Shown here piece by piece: positions 20,337 through 29,990 of a stretch of 64,000 nucleotides of DNA; the first letter of the stretch is position 1; every line of letters starts with the position of its first letter. The position numbers and the translations under genes are program-made. The DNA comes from an uncultured delta proteobacterium (GTDB taxonomy: Bacteria; Desulfobacterota; BSN033; UBA1163), in NCBI GenBank assembly GCA_963731045.1, contig CAVSVC010000022.1, positions 2,113 through 66,112 on the forward strand, read 5' to 3'. The notes under the pieces are model-generated. The model was not told where the DNA came from. It ran no database searches and worked only from the letters and a program-made list of their open reading frames with translations.

Positions 20337-22941
20337 TATTCACCTCCCATAAGGCATGCCTCTAAGCCGGGACCCGCACACGGGTGGAACGGGCGCTCGA
20401 AGGCTTCTGGATATTTGCGTTTGAGTGCTTCCATGTCGGTCTTCTCGATCTCCACCAGGAAGCCGCTGACCGCATGGCCCACTGCGTTCTTCGAGGTGGT
20501 GTTGCGCGGCACGATGGTGTTGATGGCACCGCCGCGATCGATCTCCCCGGGAACGATCGGGTCCCACTTCGCGCCGTGATCGATGTAGACCACGCCGGGC
20601 ATGACGCGCTCGGTAATATACGCGCCGCCCAGCACGGTACCGCGATCGTTGATGATCGAGACGATGTCGCCGTGCTTGATGCCGCGCTTCTCGGCCTCGG
20701 TCGGGTGCAGCCACACCGGGTGGTACTGATAGCCATCGGGACCTTTGATCTTGCAGGTTTCGATCTCGCGCAGCCAGGTGATGTCGTCGTGCTGCGAGTG
20801 CACACCCCAGCGCGGATGGTTGGAGCACACGAGCAGCGGATACTTCTTGGAGCGCTCGGTGCCGATGGTCTCCTCGTGGCTGATGCCTTTCGCGATCCAC
20901 TTGGGCACCGGTGGCCGCTCGAGGTCGTCCGGGAAGTGCTTTGTGAGACCGGTGGCCTCGAACTCGAGCTTGCCGGTCGGTGTCGAGAGCGGGTACTTCT
21001 CCGGGTCCTTGTAGAAGTTGTAGAAGCCGGCGGGAACCTCCTCCCAACCATCGGCCGTGGGCACCACAAAGTAGCCCTTCTCGTTGAGCTCCTCCCAGCT
21101 GATGAGGTCGGCGCACCGGGAGGTCTCCCAGCCGTACTTGATCAGCTCGGGGATGGACTTGCCGCCGGTGTACTTCTTCCAACAATCCCAGGCGCTCGGC
21201 GATCTTGCAGACGATCTCGTAGTCGCTGAACGACTCGCCGAGGGGTTCGATGCACTTGTGCTCCGGGAACAGAAGGTTGTACTGGCCGCTGAAGATGTCG
21301 CCGGCAATGTCGTCCTCTTCGAGCTTGGTGTTGACCGGCAGGATGATATCGGCCAGCAGACAGTCGTTCTCCAGCCATGGATGCTGGGCGAACATGAACT
21401 CGATGTCGGGGTGCCGCATCGCGCGGACGTAGTCGTTGCCCGTGTTCCAGCAGGTGATCCACGACGGAGAGTCCGTCCAGACCATGTGGATCTTGGAGCA
21501 GCCGTCCGCCGGGTACTTGTAGTGCACGAACTGATCTTTGCGATCGGCCGTCTCGGACTCGCAGCCCCACCAGTCGCATTGGCCTTCGAGGATGGCCTTG
21601 GGCACATAGGTCTTGGGGATGAACGACGGGTGGTTTGTCTCATCGGGATGGCCGCCGGTGTAGGCCTTGCGCAGGTAGGGCACGCGCAGCGGCTTGGGCT
21701 GGGCGTACTGGTCCGGCTTGTCGAAGAGACCCCACTCGATCATCTTGGCCTGGTTGACGCCGGGCTTGCCCAGTCCCTGCATGGCCAGGCAGATGCACTG
21801 CAGACGGGCCGGCTCGGTCGCGTAGGGGCCGCGGATGCCGGGGCCGCCGTTGCCGATGACCACGGTGGTGCGCTTGCTCGCCCATTCCTTGGCCAGGGCC
21901 TTGATGGTGCGGGCCGGTACGCCGGTGATCGGCGCAGCCCACTCGGGCGTCTTCGCAACGCCGTCCTCTTTACCCATGACATAGGCCTCGTACTTCTCGA
22001 CGCCGACGGCGTGCGTCTTGAGGTACTCCTTGTCGTAGGTGCCGTTCTTGAACCACTGATAGGTGATGGCCAGGTAGAGAGCCGCGTCGGTGTTGGGCAG
22101 CACCGGGATCCACCGGTCGGCGTGCACCGCGGCGGCGTAGTTGAGATCGGGCGAGACGTAGATCTGCTTGATGCCCAGTTCGGTCCACCAGTAGCTGAGG
22201 CGGCTCGGCAGCTGGCCCTGCCAGCCCCACGGCGTGGTTTCCTGATCGCAGCCCCAGAAAAGGAGCAGCTCGGTGTTCTTGGAGATGTCGTAGAGCAGGT
22301 TGCTTTGCATCCCCTGGCCGACCGGCTCGCAGCCCCAGAAGTGCTTGCTTCCCCACCACCAGCCTTCCCAGCTGTCGGGCTGACGGTTCTGCTGCGTGAA
22401 GCCGCCCCACAGGCGGAGCAGCTTGCGGCCGGCGCCGTGGCAGGCCTGCACGACCTTGTTCTCTCCGTGCTGGTCGCTCTGGTAGAGAACAGCCGTAGGA
22501 CCGTACTTCTTCTTGATGCGGTTCATCTCGCCGACGATGATGTCAAGAGCCTGGTCCCAGGAGATGCGCTTATACTTGCTGACGCCGCGGTTCTGCGGGT
22601 TGCGCTCGCCGTTGGGGTCGAAGTCGACACGCATCATGGGGTAGCGGATACGCGCCGGCGAATAGACGCGCTTCTTGTAGGCGATGGAGTACGGCGGAAT
22701 CAGGGTCTTCATGCTGGGCTCGAAGGTCTTGCCCCGCACTTCCATCTTCCAGGGGTTCATATCCTTCTTGGGATCGTACTTCCAATCGTAGTGCATCGGG
22801 CGGATACGGATGATCTTGCCATCCTTGACGTCCACCATCGAGGCGTTGGAACCGTTCTCAGGGACACCGCAGAAGCTGATATCTCTTATCAGCGTCTTTT
22901 CTTCCCCTTTTCCCTTGGTTTACTTTCTTTTTTTCTGCCAT
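20336..22941 (-). pseudogene. Molybdopterin (bis-MGD) oxidoreductase alpha subunit, pyrogallol-phloroglucinol transhydroxylase-like; two frameshifts as assembled
   Basis: GGGGAGG precedes ATG 22941 (MAEKKKVNQGK..), with a slip at about 22895 in an A/G run. Track ORF 20340..22838 is in frame down to ..CKIAERLGLLE. A slip at about 21180 leads into track ORF 20336..21643 (KYTGGKSIPELIKYGWE...VEIEKTDMEAL). Motifs seen: GERNPQNRG, ISWDQALDIIVGEMNRIKKKYGP, PDSWEGWWWG. There is no N-terminal Cys cluster and no RR (Tat) motif. Confidence 0.85.
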
Positions 22942-23162
22942 TTTTTCCTCCCCTCTCTCTAGATTTCGGGAATGTCACAAACAAACAATGACGCAAAGAC
23001 GTTACATCCCTCCTCCTGAAAAGATTCATCTCCTCTATAGCACATTCATTTCATCTCTTGCAAGCAAAAATAATTCAGGAAAGCATCCCTTCAAAATAAG
23101 CCCGCCCTGTTGGATTCCGTACGAGGACGAACCGAGAATGCAGCAGAGGTTGCGTTCGGAAA

Positions 23163-24161
23163 TCAGGCATCCTTGATCTCTAACGCCTTATGGGAAGCAA
23201 ATACGAACCGGTCCAGGCCGATCCATTTGAAGAACCTCGCAACCGGGCCGATGGTCACCAAGCCTCCCGGGGAGAAGATTCCCACCGCTGCCAGAATAAG
23301 TCCAAGGAACGTAAGGTGCAAGGCTTTCACCCAGACCGGAAGCCACCCTGCCGTCCAGAGAATCTCCTCGATCAGCATCATGAAGATTGCACCCACAATA
23401 GGACCCAGAAAGGTCCCTGTTCCCCCCAGCATGACCATCGTGACTGGAAGCAGCGCCTTGTCCGTGCCAAAAACAACTTCCGGATCGATGAAACCTGCGT
23501 ACCAGGCATAGACACCTCCAAGAAGTGCAGGGAACAGGGAACTGAGCACATATGCGCTCATCTTATATCGGGTGACATGAATCCCAAAAGCAGTTGCCAC
23601 TTCTTCATCTTCCCGGATACTGAAGAGGGCAAGACCGAATTTTGACCTGGGGATCCAATAACACACCAAAACGGTGAGCAGTGCGACAGCAAGGAAGATG
23701 TAGTAGGTTTCAAAAGCGCGGTAGCCGGGTTTCAGGGAAATTCCCTGTGTCCCGCCCGTAAAATCCCTGAGACTCCCCGCCACCAACTCGAATAATTTAA
23801 TCAGTCCAAAATTGGCCAGAGCAAAATAGCCCCCCTTAAGCCGTAGGAAAGGATAGCTAATGAGCGAGGAAAAAATCAACGTAATCAGGATGCCGGCGGC
23901 CATGCAGAAGATGAAAGGAACTCCTCTGCTGTAGAGAATCGAAAACCCATAAGCGCTGATTCCGAAAAAAACATAATGCCCTAAGTTGACGTAGCCGAGA
24001 TAGCCCGCTGTAATGTTGAAGCTCGCACCGATCCCGACATACATAAAGAAAAGGAGAAAGAAGACGACCCAATAGGGATCGATAAACCGGGGCATCACCG
24101 CCAAGAAAACAAGAAAAATGATTAAGATCCCCTCCCAGGGGTTCAGGCGTTTCTTAGACAT
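23163..24161 (-). CDS. livM: Branched-chain-amino-acid-type ABC transporter permease (LivM family)
   Basis: Intact 332-aa polytopic ORF with LivM-type blocks (NITAGYLGYVNLGHYVFFGISAY, LFSIREDEEVA). It overlaps the upstream livH end by 8 nt. Confidence 0.9.
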   Translation of the reverse strand: MSKKRLNPWEGILIIFLVFLAVMPRFIDPYWVVFFLLFFMYVGIGASFNITAGYLGYVNLGHYVFFGISAYGFSILYSRGVPFIFCMAAGILITLIFSSLISYPFLRLKGGYFALANFGLIKLFELVAGSLRDFTGGTQGISLKPGYRAFETYYIFLAVALLTVLVCYWIPRSKFGLALFSIREDEEVATAFGIHVTRYKMSAYVLSSLFPALLGGVYAWYAGFIDPEVVFGTDKALLPVTMVMLGGTGTFLGPIVGAIFMMLIEEILWTAGWLPVWVKALHLTFLGLILAAVGIFSPGGLVTIGPVARFFKWIGLDRFVFASHKALEIKDA

Positions 24162-25029
24162 GCTTAAATAATCCTTGCGGTTTCAGGAGCAGGACCAGCA
24201 CAAGGGTGCAGAAGGCCACGGCGAGGGACCAGTGTGCCCCCAGGAAAAAACCTGCAAATGTTTCTGCGACTCCGAGGATGAGTCCGCCCACAAGGGAACC
24301 GATCAGACTCCCGGACCCTCCGAGCATGACGATAGCGATATAACGGATCGTCAATGGCAGGCCGATGAAAGGGCCGATGGTAAAGAGCAGGACGTAAAAA
24401 AGGCCGGCGGTTCCGGCCAGTCCGATCGCAATCCCAAAAACCAACGTGACAATTCGGGGAACATTAATTCCGACCACCATGGCCCCTTCTCGGTTCTGAA
24501 GAATGGCCCGAATTGCTTTTCCGGCAAAAGATTTCTTCAGGTAGAAATGAAGGAAGATCGTGAGGGCGATGATGAGCACCAGAATGGAGAGTCGAAGGGA
24601 TGACACAACCACACCGCCCACATTGAAGGCAGGCATGGAATAGGAGACTCCTTTCACCGTCGGCCCCCAGATAAAGGACGTCGTATCTTCAATCGCTGTT
24701 GCGATGCCTACGGTGACGACAATCGATGAGAAGAGGAGTTGTCTCGGAGGACGATTGAGGATCGGCTTTATGAAGGCCTTCTGGTAAACCGCCCCGATCA
24801 GGATGAAAAGAGGGATGACCATGATGAGAATCAGGAAGGGGTTCAACCCGGTCACGGCAAAAAGGATATAGGTGACCAGTCCCCCCAGCATGAGAAACTC
24901 CCCGTGCGTAATGTTGAGGACGTCAGCGATACAGAAGATCAGGGAGAGCCCGAAGGCGGCAAGGGCATAGGTGCCGCCTTGGAGCACTCCCGCCAAAACC
25001 AATTGGATAAGAACCGTCGGCGTCAGCAT
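24154..25029 (-). CDS. livH: Branched-chain-amino-acid-type ABC transporter permease (LivH family)
   Basis: Intact 291-aa ORF with LQGGTYALAAFGLSLIF..NITHGEFLMLG and RAILQNREGA. Confidence 0.9.
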   Translation of the reverse strand: MLTPTVLIQLVLAGVLQGGTYALAAFGLSLIFCIADVLNITHGEFLMLGGLVTYILFAVTGLNPFLILIMVIPLFILIGAVYQKAFIKPILNRPPRQLLFSSIVVTVGIATAIEDTTSFIWGPTVKGVSYSMPAFNVGGVVVSSLRLSILVLIIALTIFLHFYLKKSFAGKAIRAILQNREGAMVVGINVPRIVTLVFGIAIGLAGTAGLFYVLLFTIGPFIGLPLTIRYIAIVMLGGSGSLIGSLVGGLILGVAETFAGFFLGAHWSLAVAFCTLVLVLLLKPQGLFKHV

Positions 25030-25182
25030 CCGTATTCCTTGATCCGTGAGAGCGTCAAGCGTAAGGCGCGAGGGGTTTACCCCTTACGCCTCACGACTGA
25101 CGCCTTACGGACGAGGGTTTTGATATTCGAATTTCGAAATGTTCCCAACCTCTAAATCATGTGTCGTGATTTCGACACAGCG

Positions 25183-26376
25183 TTAGGGTTGTGGATTCGG
25201 GTAAACATGCTTATGGCTTGCAAACTTCTTTGGAGAAATCAGGTAATACTTCCCATCAATATACTGCGCTGCAAACTGTTTAAAGGATCCATGCCCCAGG
25301 GTCTGGTCGATAACCATGGGCCCCAGGATCGATTCAAAATTGACCGCCCAGGCTGATTTCAGGAGATCTTCGGGTTTCAAAGAGTCGGCTTTTTCAATCG
25401 CCACCTCTGCAAGTTCCAAGGCCACATAATGGATGCCAACATCCAGGTATTGCTCCGTGTCGATATTGGTCTCCTTCAGGATCTCCTGGAACTTCTTCAG
25501 GTTGCCGTAAGGGAGTCCTGGCAGCCAGTGATGTGCGCCCGTCACGTAATTGGCGTCCTTTCCCAGAGCACTGGAGAAAGAAATGTCGAAATGGGTAAAG
25601 TGCCACTCCCGAGGTTTGAGTCCAAATTCTTTGGCCTGTTTTTTGAAAGTGACGCCAAAGGGAGTGAAGGAAGAGACGTAAATAATATCCGGGTCGGCAG
25701 CCTTCAACTTCAAAAGAATGGAGGTGAAGTCCGTCGTGGCTGCCGGAGCAATCTCTTTAAACGCGGTCTTGTAGCCGCGTTTTTCAGCGTTTGGGATTGC
25801 TCCCTCGTAAACCTCTCGGGTATGCGGGGTATCTTCGGCCACATAGCCGATCGTCTTCACTTGTTTCTCCTCATCGAGAAGATCGAAGTAATTGTCTTCC
25901 CAATGGGTGGAAAGCTGCTGTACCCCGACAAACCACTTAAACCCTCGATTGAAGACCGCCGGCGTATTGGCAGTGGCCAACACCATGGGAACATGATACT
26001 TCTCAGGGACAGAGGTCACCGGAAATGTAATCGGTGTTGACTTGGGACCGATCAGGATGTCGCACTTATCGACCGTCACCAGTCGCTCATAGAACTTCAC
26101 CGCCGTTGCCTGATCGCTCTTGTCGTCATAGACGATGGTTCTAACAGGAAGCTTCTTGTTGTAGGCCTTCACATAAAGCCCGCCTTGCTTCTTGTTCACA
26201 TAATTCTCCCAGGCCTTAATCATACGGTCGAAAGGACCAACATCCGCGGCAAATTTTCCAGTGAGGCAGAGTGTCATTCCGACGACGATCTCTTTTTTCT
26301 CCTGAGCCACTCCAGCCTGAATGGTCCCCAGGAAGACGGCCATGGCCAAAATAGCAACCCATCCGATCCTCTTCAT
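25183..26376 (-). CDS. Liv-type (type I periplasmic binding fold) ABC substrate-binding protein
   Basis: AAAGGAGGAG precedes ATG 26376. The signal is MKRIGWVAILAMAVFLGTIQAGVA. The mature part reads EKKEIVVGMTLCLTGKFA... It is a close paralog of 58597..59784. Confidence 0.9.
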   Translation of the reverse strand: MKRIGWVAILAMAVFLGTIQAGVAQEKKEIVVGMTLCLTGKFAADVGPFDRMIKAWENYVNKKQGGLYVKAYNKKLPVRTIVYDDKSDQATAVKFYERLVTVDKCDILIGPKSTPITFPVTSVPEKYHVPMVLATANTPAVFNRGFKWFVGVQQLSTHWEDNYFDLLDEEKQVKTIGYVAEDTPHTREVYEGAIPNAEKRGYKTAFKEIAPAATTDFTSILLKLKAADPDIIYVSSFTPFGVTFKKQAKEFGLKPREWHFTHFDISFSSALGKDANYVTGAHHWLPGLPYGNLKKFQEILKETNIDTEQYLDVGIHYVALELAEVAIEKADSLKPEDLLKSAWAVNFESILGPMVIDQTLGHGSFKQFAAQYIDGKYYLISPKKFASHKHVYPNPQP

Positions 26377-26401
26377 AGATCTCCTCCTTTTCTGATGTGG
26401 G

Positions 26402-27862
26402 TTAGAGCCCGAGGTAAGCCTTCCGGATGCTCTCATCCTTCAGGAGTTCCGCGCTCTTGCCCTCTCTGACAACCCGGCCATTTTCCAGTACGTAGGTACG
26501 GTCCGAGATCTCCATGGCAAGCCGGGCATTCTGCTCCACCAGGAAGACCGTCACTTCCTGCCGATTGATCTTCTGTATCGTACGGAAGAGTTCCGCCACA
26601 ACAAGGGGTGCGAGCCCCATGGAGGGCTCGTCGATCAGCACGAGTTTCGGAATGGACATCAAGCCCCTTCCCACCGTGACCATCTGTTGTTCTCCGCCGC
26701 TCAGCGTTCCCGCGATCTGCAGTTTTCTTTCTCTAAGCCGGGGAAAAAGCTCGAAAACCCACTCGAGCGTTTCCACAATCTTCTGCCTTGCCCTGGGAGC
26801 ATAGGCCCCGAGTTCCAGGTTCTCAAGAACGGTCATCCCGGGAAAAAGCTTCCTCCCCTCCGGAATGAGGGTGACCCCCTTTTCGATGATCCTGTGTGGC
26901 GGCAGCCGATGAATCTGTTCGTTCAGAAACTGAATGGCGCCCGACGTGGGATGAAGCATTCCGGCGATCGTATTGATCATCGTCGTCTTGCCCGACCCGT
27001 TTGATCCGACCATGGTCACCATCTCTTTCGAAGAGATGGCAAGAGAGGTTTCCCAGAGGACCTGAATATCCCCATAATGGGTTGAAATCTTATCCACCTG
27101 GAGCATCATCTCAAGCGACCTGTTTCCCCCCTGGGCTCCCCCTTCGGCTCCGAGGTATGCCTCAATCACATCCTTGTTCTTGGAAACTTCTTCAGGTTTC
27201 CCCTGGGCAATCAGTTCACCGAAGTTGAGCACCAGGATCCGGTCTGAAAGGCCCATGACCGCTTTCATGATGTGCTCAATCATAAACACGGTGATTCCCC
27301 TCTTCTGAATCCTTCGAACCAGACTCATCATCGCTTCTGTTTCTGTCGGGTTAAGTCCGGATATCGCCTCATCGAGCAGAAGCACTTTGGGGCGGGTCGC
27401 CAATGCCCTGGCGATCTCCAGTTGTTTCCTCCCCACCAGAGTGAGGTTCTTAGCGGGAATATTCGCCTTCGGGGAGAGGCCCGTCAATTCCAGCAGATCA
27501 AGGCCTCTTTTTTCAATTTCACGGGCCGTTTCCGCTTTCGGCTTCCCAAAGTGGAGCCCGACAAGGATATTTTCATAGACGGTGAGACTCGAAAAAGGCC
27601 GGACGAGTTGGTAGGTCCTTGAGATCCCTTTATGGCAGATATCCCGGGCGCCTTGAGATGCAATTTCTTCTCCGTTGAATCGGATAGAACCCGATGAGGG
27701 AGGAAATGTTCCCGCGATAATGTTGAAGAGAGTTGTTTTGCCGGCCCCATTGGGTCCGATGAGGCCGAGGATCTCCCCGGACTCCATGGTGAACGAGATG
27801 TCATAAAGCGCCCTGAGGCCGCCGAAGTATCTCGTAACCCCTGTTACTTCAATAATGCTCAT
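26402..27862 (-). CDS. Fused LivG-LivF ABC ATPase (two nucleotide-binding domains in one 486-aa ORF)
   Basis: Domain 1 has GPNGAGKTT and ..LLLDEAISGL and ends EAYLGAEGGAQGGNRSLEM. Domain 2 starts MLQVDKISTHYG and has GSNGSGKTT, LSGGEQQM and LIDEPS. There is no stop or frame change at the junction (about 27100-27130). Confidence 0.85.
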   Translation of the reverse strand: MSIIEVTGVTRYFGGLRALYDISFTMESGEILGLIGPNGAGKTTLFNIIAGTFPPSSGSIRFNGEEIASQGARDICHKGISRTYQLVRPFSSLTVYENILVGLHFGKPKAETAREIEKRGLDLLELTGLSPKANIPAKNLTLVGRKQLEIARALATRPKVLLLDEAISGLNPTETEAMMSLVRRIQKRGITVFMIEHIMKAVMGLSDRILVLNFGELIAQGKPEEVSKNKDVIEAYLGAEGGAQGGNRSLEMMLQVDKISTHYGDIQVLWETSLAISSKEMVTMVGSNGSGKTTMINTIAGMLHPTSGAIQFLNEQIHRLPPHRIIEKGVTLIPEGRKLFPGMTVLENLELGAYAPRARQKIVETLEWVFELFPRLRERKLQIAGTLSGGEQQMVTVGRGLMSIPKLVLIDEPSMGLAPLVVAELFRTIQKINRQEVTVFLVEQNARLAMEISDRTYVLENGRVVREGKSAELLKDESIRKAYLGL

Positions 27863-27956
27863 TCAACCTTATTCCGAGAAGAAAGATTATCGTGCTCACA
27901 GAGCTCTTTAATAACCGTGAAACTTTTAACAAATGCGAGTGGCAATGTCAAGGAAA

Positions 27957-28919
27957 TCAGCGGGTGACCGAAACCCCCGTCAGGGAACAGTATGTCCGGC
28001 TCCGGCGCAGGACGCCGACGATCCCCTGCGGTGACAGCAGCATGATTCCCACGAGAATGGCGCCCTGGATCAGGAAACTGTAACCGGCGTACTTTGCGAG
28101 CAGGAAATAGAGGACGACGACAACCACCGTTCCAAAGATCGGGCCCTCCTCGGTGCGCGTCCCCCCGATGACGGCGGCCAGAAGCAATGTCATGGTCCAC
28201 GTGACATTGAAGGTGGCCGAAGGTTCGATGTATCCCTGGTAGAGGTAGAAGACCGCCCCTGCCAGTCCTGTAATCACCGCAGAGATGACGAAGGTGTACA
28301 GCTTCAACTTGAAGACGTTGATCCCGCAACCGGCCGCCGCTCTCTCATTGTCTCGGATGGCCGCGAGACCCAGCCCCAGATTCGATCTGAGAACAAAACG
28401 GACCAGGAAGACGGACCCGATACCGACGATCAAGGCAAACCAGTAGATATGGGCCATGGAGACCTCCGCGATCCCCTTGATCATATACCCCGCCCCGCCG
28501 CCGTCCATCTCCCCTCCCACAGGCTTCCAGAGATAGAAGAGGATCCTCAGGGCCTCGGGAACGACGAGCGTTCCGATGGCAAAATAGATCCCGCTGAGTC
28601 TGAACACGGGGAAAGAGATCACGAGAGCAAAGAGACCGGCCACGACCGCCCCCGCAAGAAGTCCGATCCACCAGGGGATTCCAACCCATGTGGTAATCGC
28701 CAGGGTATACCCTGCGAGCCCGAGGAAGGCAGGTTGACAGAGCGAGGTCAGCCCTGAATAGCCTGCGAGCAGGTTCCACATATTTGCCATGGCCAGATAG
28801 ATCGAAAAGAGGAAGACGTAGAGCAACCAGCTGCGCGGAGCCCCGATCAATGGAAACAGGACAAGGGCGATGCCGATCACGATCAAAGGCATGAATTTCG
28901 TCTTGAATCGAAATCTCAT
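27957..28919 (-). CDS. livM: ABC transporter permease (LivM family), second system
   Basis: Intact 320-aa polytopic ORF with NLLAGYSGLTSLCQPAFLGLAGY and LAAIRDNERAA. Confidence 0.9.
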   Translation of the reverse strand: MRFRFKTKFMPLIVIGIALVLFPLIGAPRSWLLYVFLFSIYLAMANMWNLLAGYSGLTSLCQPAFLGLAGYTLAITTWVGIPWWIGLLAGAVVAGLFALVISFPVFRLSGIYFAIGTLVVPEALRILFYLWKPVGGEMDGGGAGYMIKGIAEVSMAHIYWFALIVGIGSVFLVRFVLRSNLGLGLAAIRDNERAAAGCGINVFKLKLYTFVISAVITGLAGAVFYLYQGYIEPSATFNVTWTMTLLLAAVIGGTRTEEGPIFGTVVVVVLYFLLAKYAGYSFLIQGAILVGIMLLSPQGIVGVLRRSRTYCSLTGVSVTR

Positions 28920-28926
28920 TGCTCTC

Positions 28927-29790
28927 CTAACGGCCGAAGAGACCTTGCGGCCTGATCGCCAGTATCACCAGGACGATCATATACACGATCAGCATCTGCG
29001 TGGCCGAACCAAAGAAGTATCCTCCCATGGTTTGAACGACCCCCAGTGTCACCCCGCCGATAAAGGTTCCGAGCATACTGCCCAGACCTCCGATGATCAC
29101 GGTTCCAAAGGCGATCGTGAGCAGAGACGTCCCGGACGTGGGGGTAAAGGGAAACGTCATTCCCAGAAAAACCCCCGCGACGGCAGCGGAAACCATCGCA
29201 ATGGCGAAGGCATAGCCATAGATGCGGTTTGTGTTGATTCCCATCAGAAGGGCGGCCCTCCGGTCCTGAGAGGCAGCCATGATGGCTTTTCCAAGATAGG
29301 TCCGGCTGAGAAACTCGCGGAGAAGGATCATGACGACGATGCCGGCAATGAAGTCCAGCAGATAAGAGATCGGAAACTGAAGGCTTCCCAGGCTGAAACT
29401 GGTCAGGGAATAGGATGTGTTTAAACCTCTCGACAGCGGGGTCCACAGGATCTGGTTGGTGTTCTGAATGATCAGGGAAATGCCGAAGGCGATGATCAGC
29501 GGCGCCTCTGCGGAAATGGCAAAGGCACGGCCCATCAGGTACTTCTGGATGATAAACCCCAGGGCAAACATTCCGGGGATGCAGATGACCAGACTGACGA
29601 TGGGATCGAGCCCCGGGTAGGACATCAGGCCGAACGCGGCGTAACTCCCCAGGATCACCAGGTCGCCGTGGGCAAGATTGATCAATCTCATGACCCCGAA
29701 AACAAGGGAGAGACCCATGGCAATGAGCGCGTACAGGCCGCCCAGAAGAATCCCCATGATCAATGGAGTGAGGATGTCGCCTGAACCCAT
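28927..29790 (-). CDS. livH: ABC transporter permease (LivH family), second system
   Basis: Intact 287-aa ORF with LLGGLYALIAMGLSLVFGVMRLINLAHGD and MAASQDRRAA. Confidence 0.9.
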   Translation of the reverse strand: MGSGDILTPLIMGILLGGLYALIAMGLSLVFGVMRLINLAHGDLVILGSYAAFGLMSYPGLDPIVSLVICIPGMFALGFIIQKYLMGRAFAISAEAPLIIAFGISLIIQNTNQILWTPLSRGLNTSYSLTSFSLGSLQFPISYLLDFIAGIVVMILLREFLSRTYLGKAIMAASQDRRAALLMGINTNRIYGYAFAIAMVSAAVAGVFLGMTFPFTPTSGTSLLTIAFGTVIIGGLGSMLGTFIGGVTLGVVQTMGGYFFGSATQMLIVYMIVLVILAIRPQGLFGR

Positions 29791-29842
29791 TTACGCCTTT
29801 CCAGGATGACGGATTAGCATTTTGTTAATTTAATGATTGTTT

Positions 29843-29990
29843 GCAGGCTGCTCAAAAATGCCCAGATGCAAGGCGCCCGAAATCCTGAGGAGTGAGACAC
29901 CTTAAGGTACCTCACGGTACGGTACCTTAAGGTACCGCAGCGACGAAGGATGAGGGCAACGATGCAGATGGACGTTTTTCAGCAGCCTGC
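29843..29990 (+). repeat. About 148-bp nested-palindromic intergenic repeat, copy A (MITE/REP-like)
   Basis: Imperfect terminal inverted repeats: gcaggctgctcaaaaatgcccagatgca ... tgcagatggacgtttttcagcagcctgc. The GGTACCTTAAGGTACC core is itself a palindrome. Copies B (53510-53656, inverted) and C (58062-58209) are near-identical. This copy abuts the livF stop codon. Confidence 0.85.

Noticed and set aside
20340-21180. The C-terminal ~280 aa of the 832-aa track ORF 20340..22838 (..VHRRQVHPRADQVRLGDLPVRRPHQ...).
   Set aside because: This part is out of frame. After the indel at about 21180 the conserved sequence continues in the frame of ORF 20336..21643. The Arg/Pro/Gly-rich tail has no family features.
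22800-22941. A Tat signal or periplasmic location, and an N-terminal 4Fe-4S (FS0) motif, for the Mo-enzyme alpha subunit.
   Set aside because: The repaired N-terminus (MAEKKKVNQGKGEEKTLIRDISFCGVPENGSNASMVDVKDGKII) has no RRxF(L/V)K motif, no hydrophobic h-region and only one Cys.
21084-22991. A 635-aa plus-strand ORF, the longest ORF in this area, plus other long plus-strand ORFs at 19806..20579 and 20384..21229.
   Set aside because: These ORFs are antisense to the strongly supported Mo-enzyme alpha and beta genes. Their composition is Arg/Ala/Leu/Val/Gly-rich and low in complexity, with no recognisable motifs. This is the typical shadow ORF of a GC-rich coding strand.
22942-23162. A possible Moco riboswitch or other leader RNA upstream of the Mo-enzyme genes.
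   Set aside because: I could not recognise the conserved Moco-motif features by eye. Only a weak TTGCAA-18-TATAGA promoter-like element and a short hairpin are present. This needs a covariance-model search before any claim.
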